The translations under genes were made by a program, and so were the position numbers. Of a stretch of DNA of 54,327 nucleotides, positions 54,127 to 54,327 are shown one piece after another. Position 1 is the first letter of the stretch; each line of letters opens with the position of its first letter. Source of the DNA: an uncultured Clostridia bacterium (lineage in GTDB: Bacteria > Bacillota > Clostridia > Christensenellales > Borkfalkiaceae); NCBI GenBank assembly GCA_934247855.1, contig CAKQKA010000001.1, positions 1 through 54,327 of the forward strand. The letters are read 5' to 3'. The notes beneath the pieces were generated by a model. It searched no databases and was not told the origin of the DNA. It saw only the letters and a list, made by a program, of their open reading frames with translations.

Positions 54127-54327
54127 ATGTCCTTTAAAGTAAAAGTGGGCAATTTAACGATCGGCGGCGGCTCGGCGGTAACGATTCAATCCATGTGCAA
54201 TACGAGCACAAAGGACGTTGCCGCAACGGTCGGTCAGATTCAGGCGGCAACGCGTGCGGGCGTGGACATAATGCGCGTAACCGTGCGCGACGAAACCGAG
54301 GCGAAAGCCATTAAAGAGATAAAAAAG
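54127..54327 (+). CDS. ispG: 4-hydroxy-3-methylbut-2-enyl diphosphate synthase, 5' partial
   Basis: MSFKVKVGNLTIGGGSAVTIQSMCNTSTKDVAATVGQIQAATRAGVDIMRVTV is the IspG N-terminus. The ORF runs off the window end. Confidence 0.85.
   Translation, partial: MSFKVKVGNLTIGGGSAVTIQSMCNTSTKDVAATVGQIQAATRAGVDIMRVTVRDETEAKAIKEIKK

Overview
This 54.3-kb segment looks like the chromosome of a spore-forming Firmicutes/Clostridia-like bacterium. The inference rests on ricT/yaaT, yqfC-yqfD and a B. subtilis-like phoH-pgpH-ybeY-era-yqzL-recO order, with nearly all genes on the + strand. Housekeeping content: cysS, a short alaS, greA, an Orn/Lys/Arg decarboxylase-holB-ricT block, sbcDC, dnaE, a GT2, ttcA-like (-), cobB, queH, a DUF512 radical-SAM-like gene with der and plsY, an aldose epimerase, a frameshifted comEC, and at the right end an ECF S-component, a coaX fusion and partial ispG. 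Between comEC and yqfC lies a ~15.6-kb phage-derived island (29.4-45.1 kb). It carries TerL, a TerS-like gene, portal, scaffold, coat and neck-like genes in a P22-like order, plus a GNAT, an XRE switch and a collagen/LRR lipoprotein. I found no integrase, replication, lysis, tail-tube or receptor-binding genes. Signals not explained by ordinary annotation: (1) an ~18-nt motif CCTATAGGTCGATTATCG present at least 18 times, almost always just after operon ends, including inside the island; (2) a ~300-nt nested-helix RNA between an XRE-controlled promoter and the lipoprotein gene; (3) a ~280-nt helix-bounded element after the coat gene, whose last ~85 nt recur at the island's left edge; (4) a stand-alone ~240-nt RNA gene with its own promoter and terminator; (5) a CoaX-FtsK-gamma fusion; (6) a Cys-rich 74-aa membrane peptide; (7) a 28-nt block that overlaps or starts within 8 nt of the stop codons of two unrelated membrane-protein genes. 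All calls come from reading the sequence and motif recall; no database or folding program was run.
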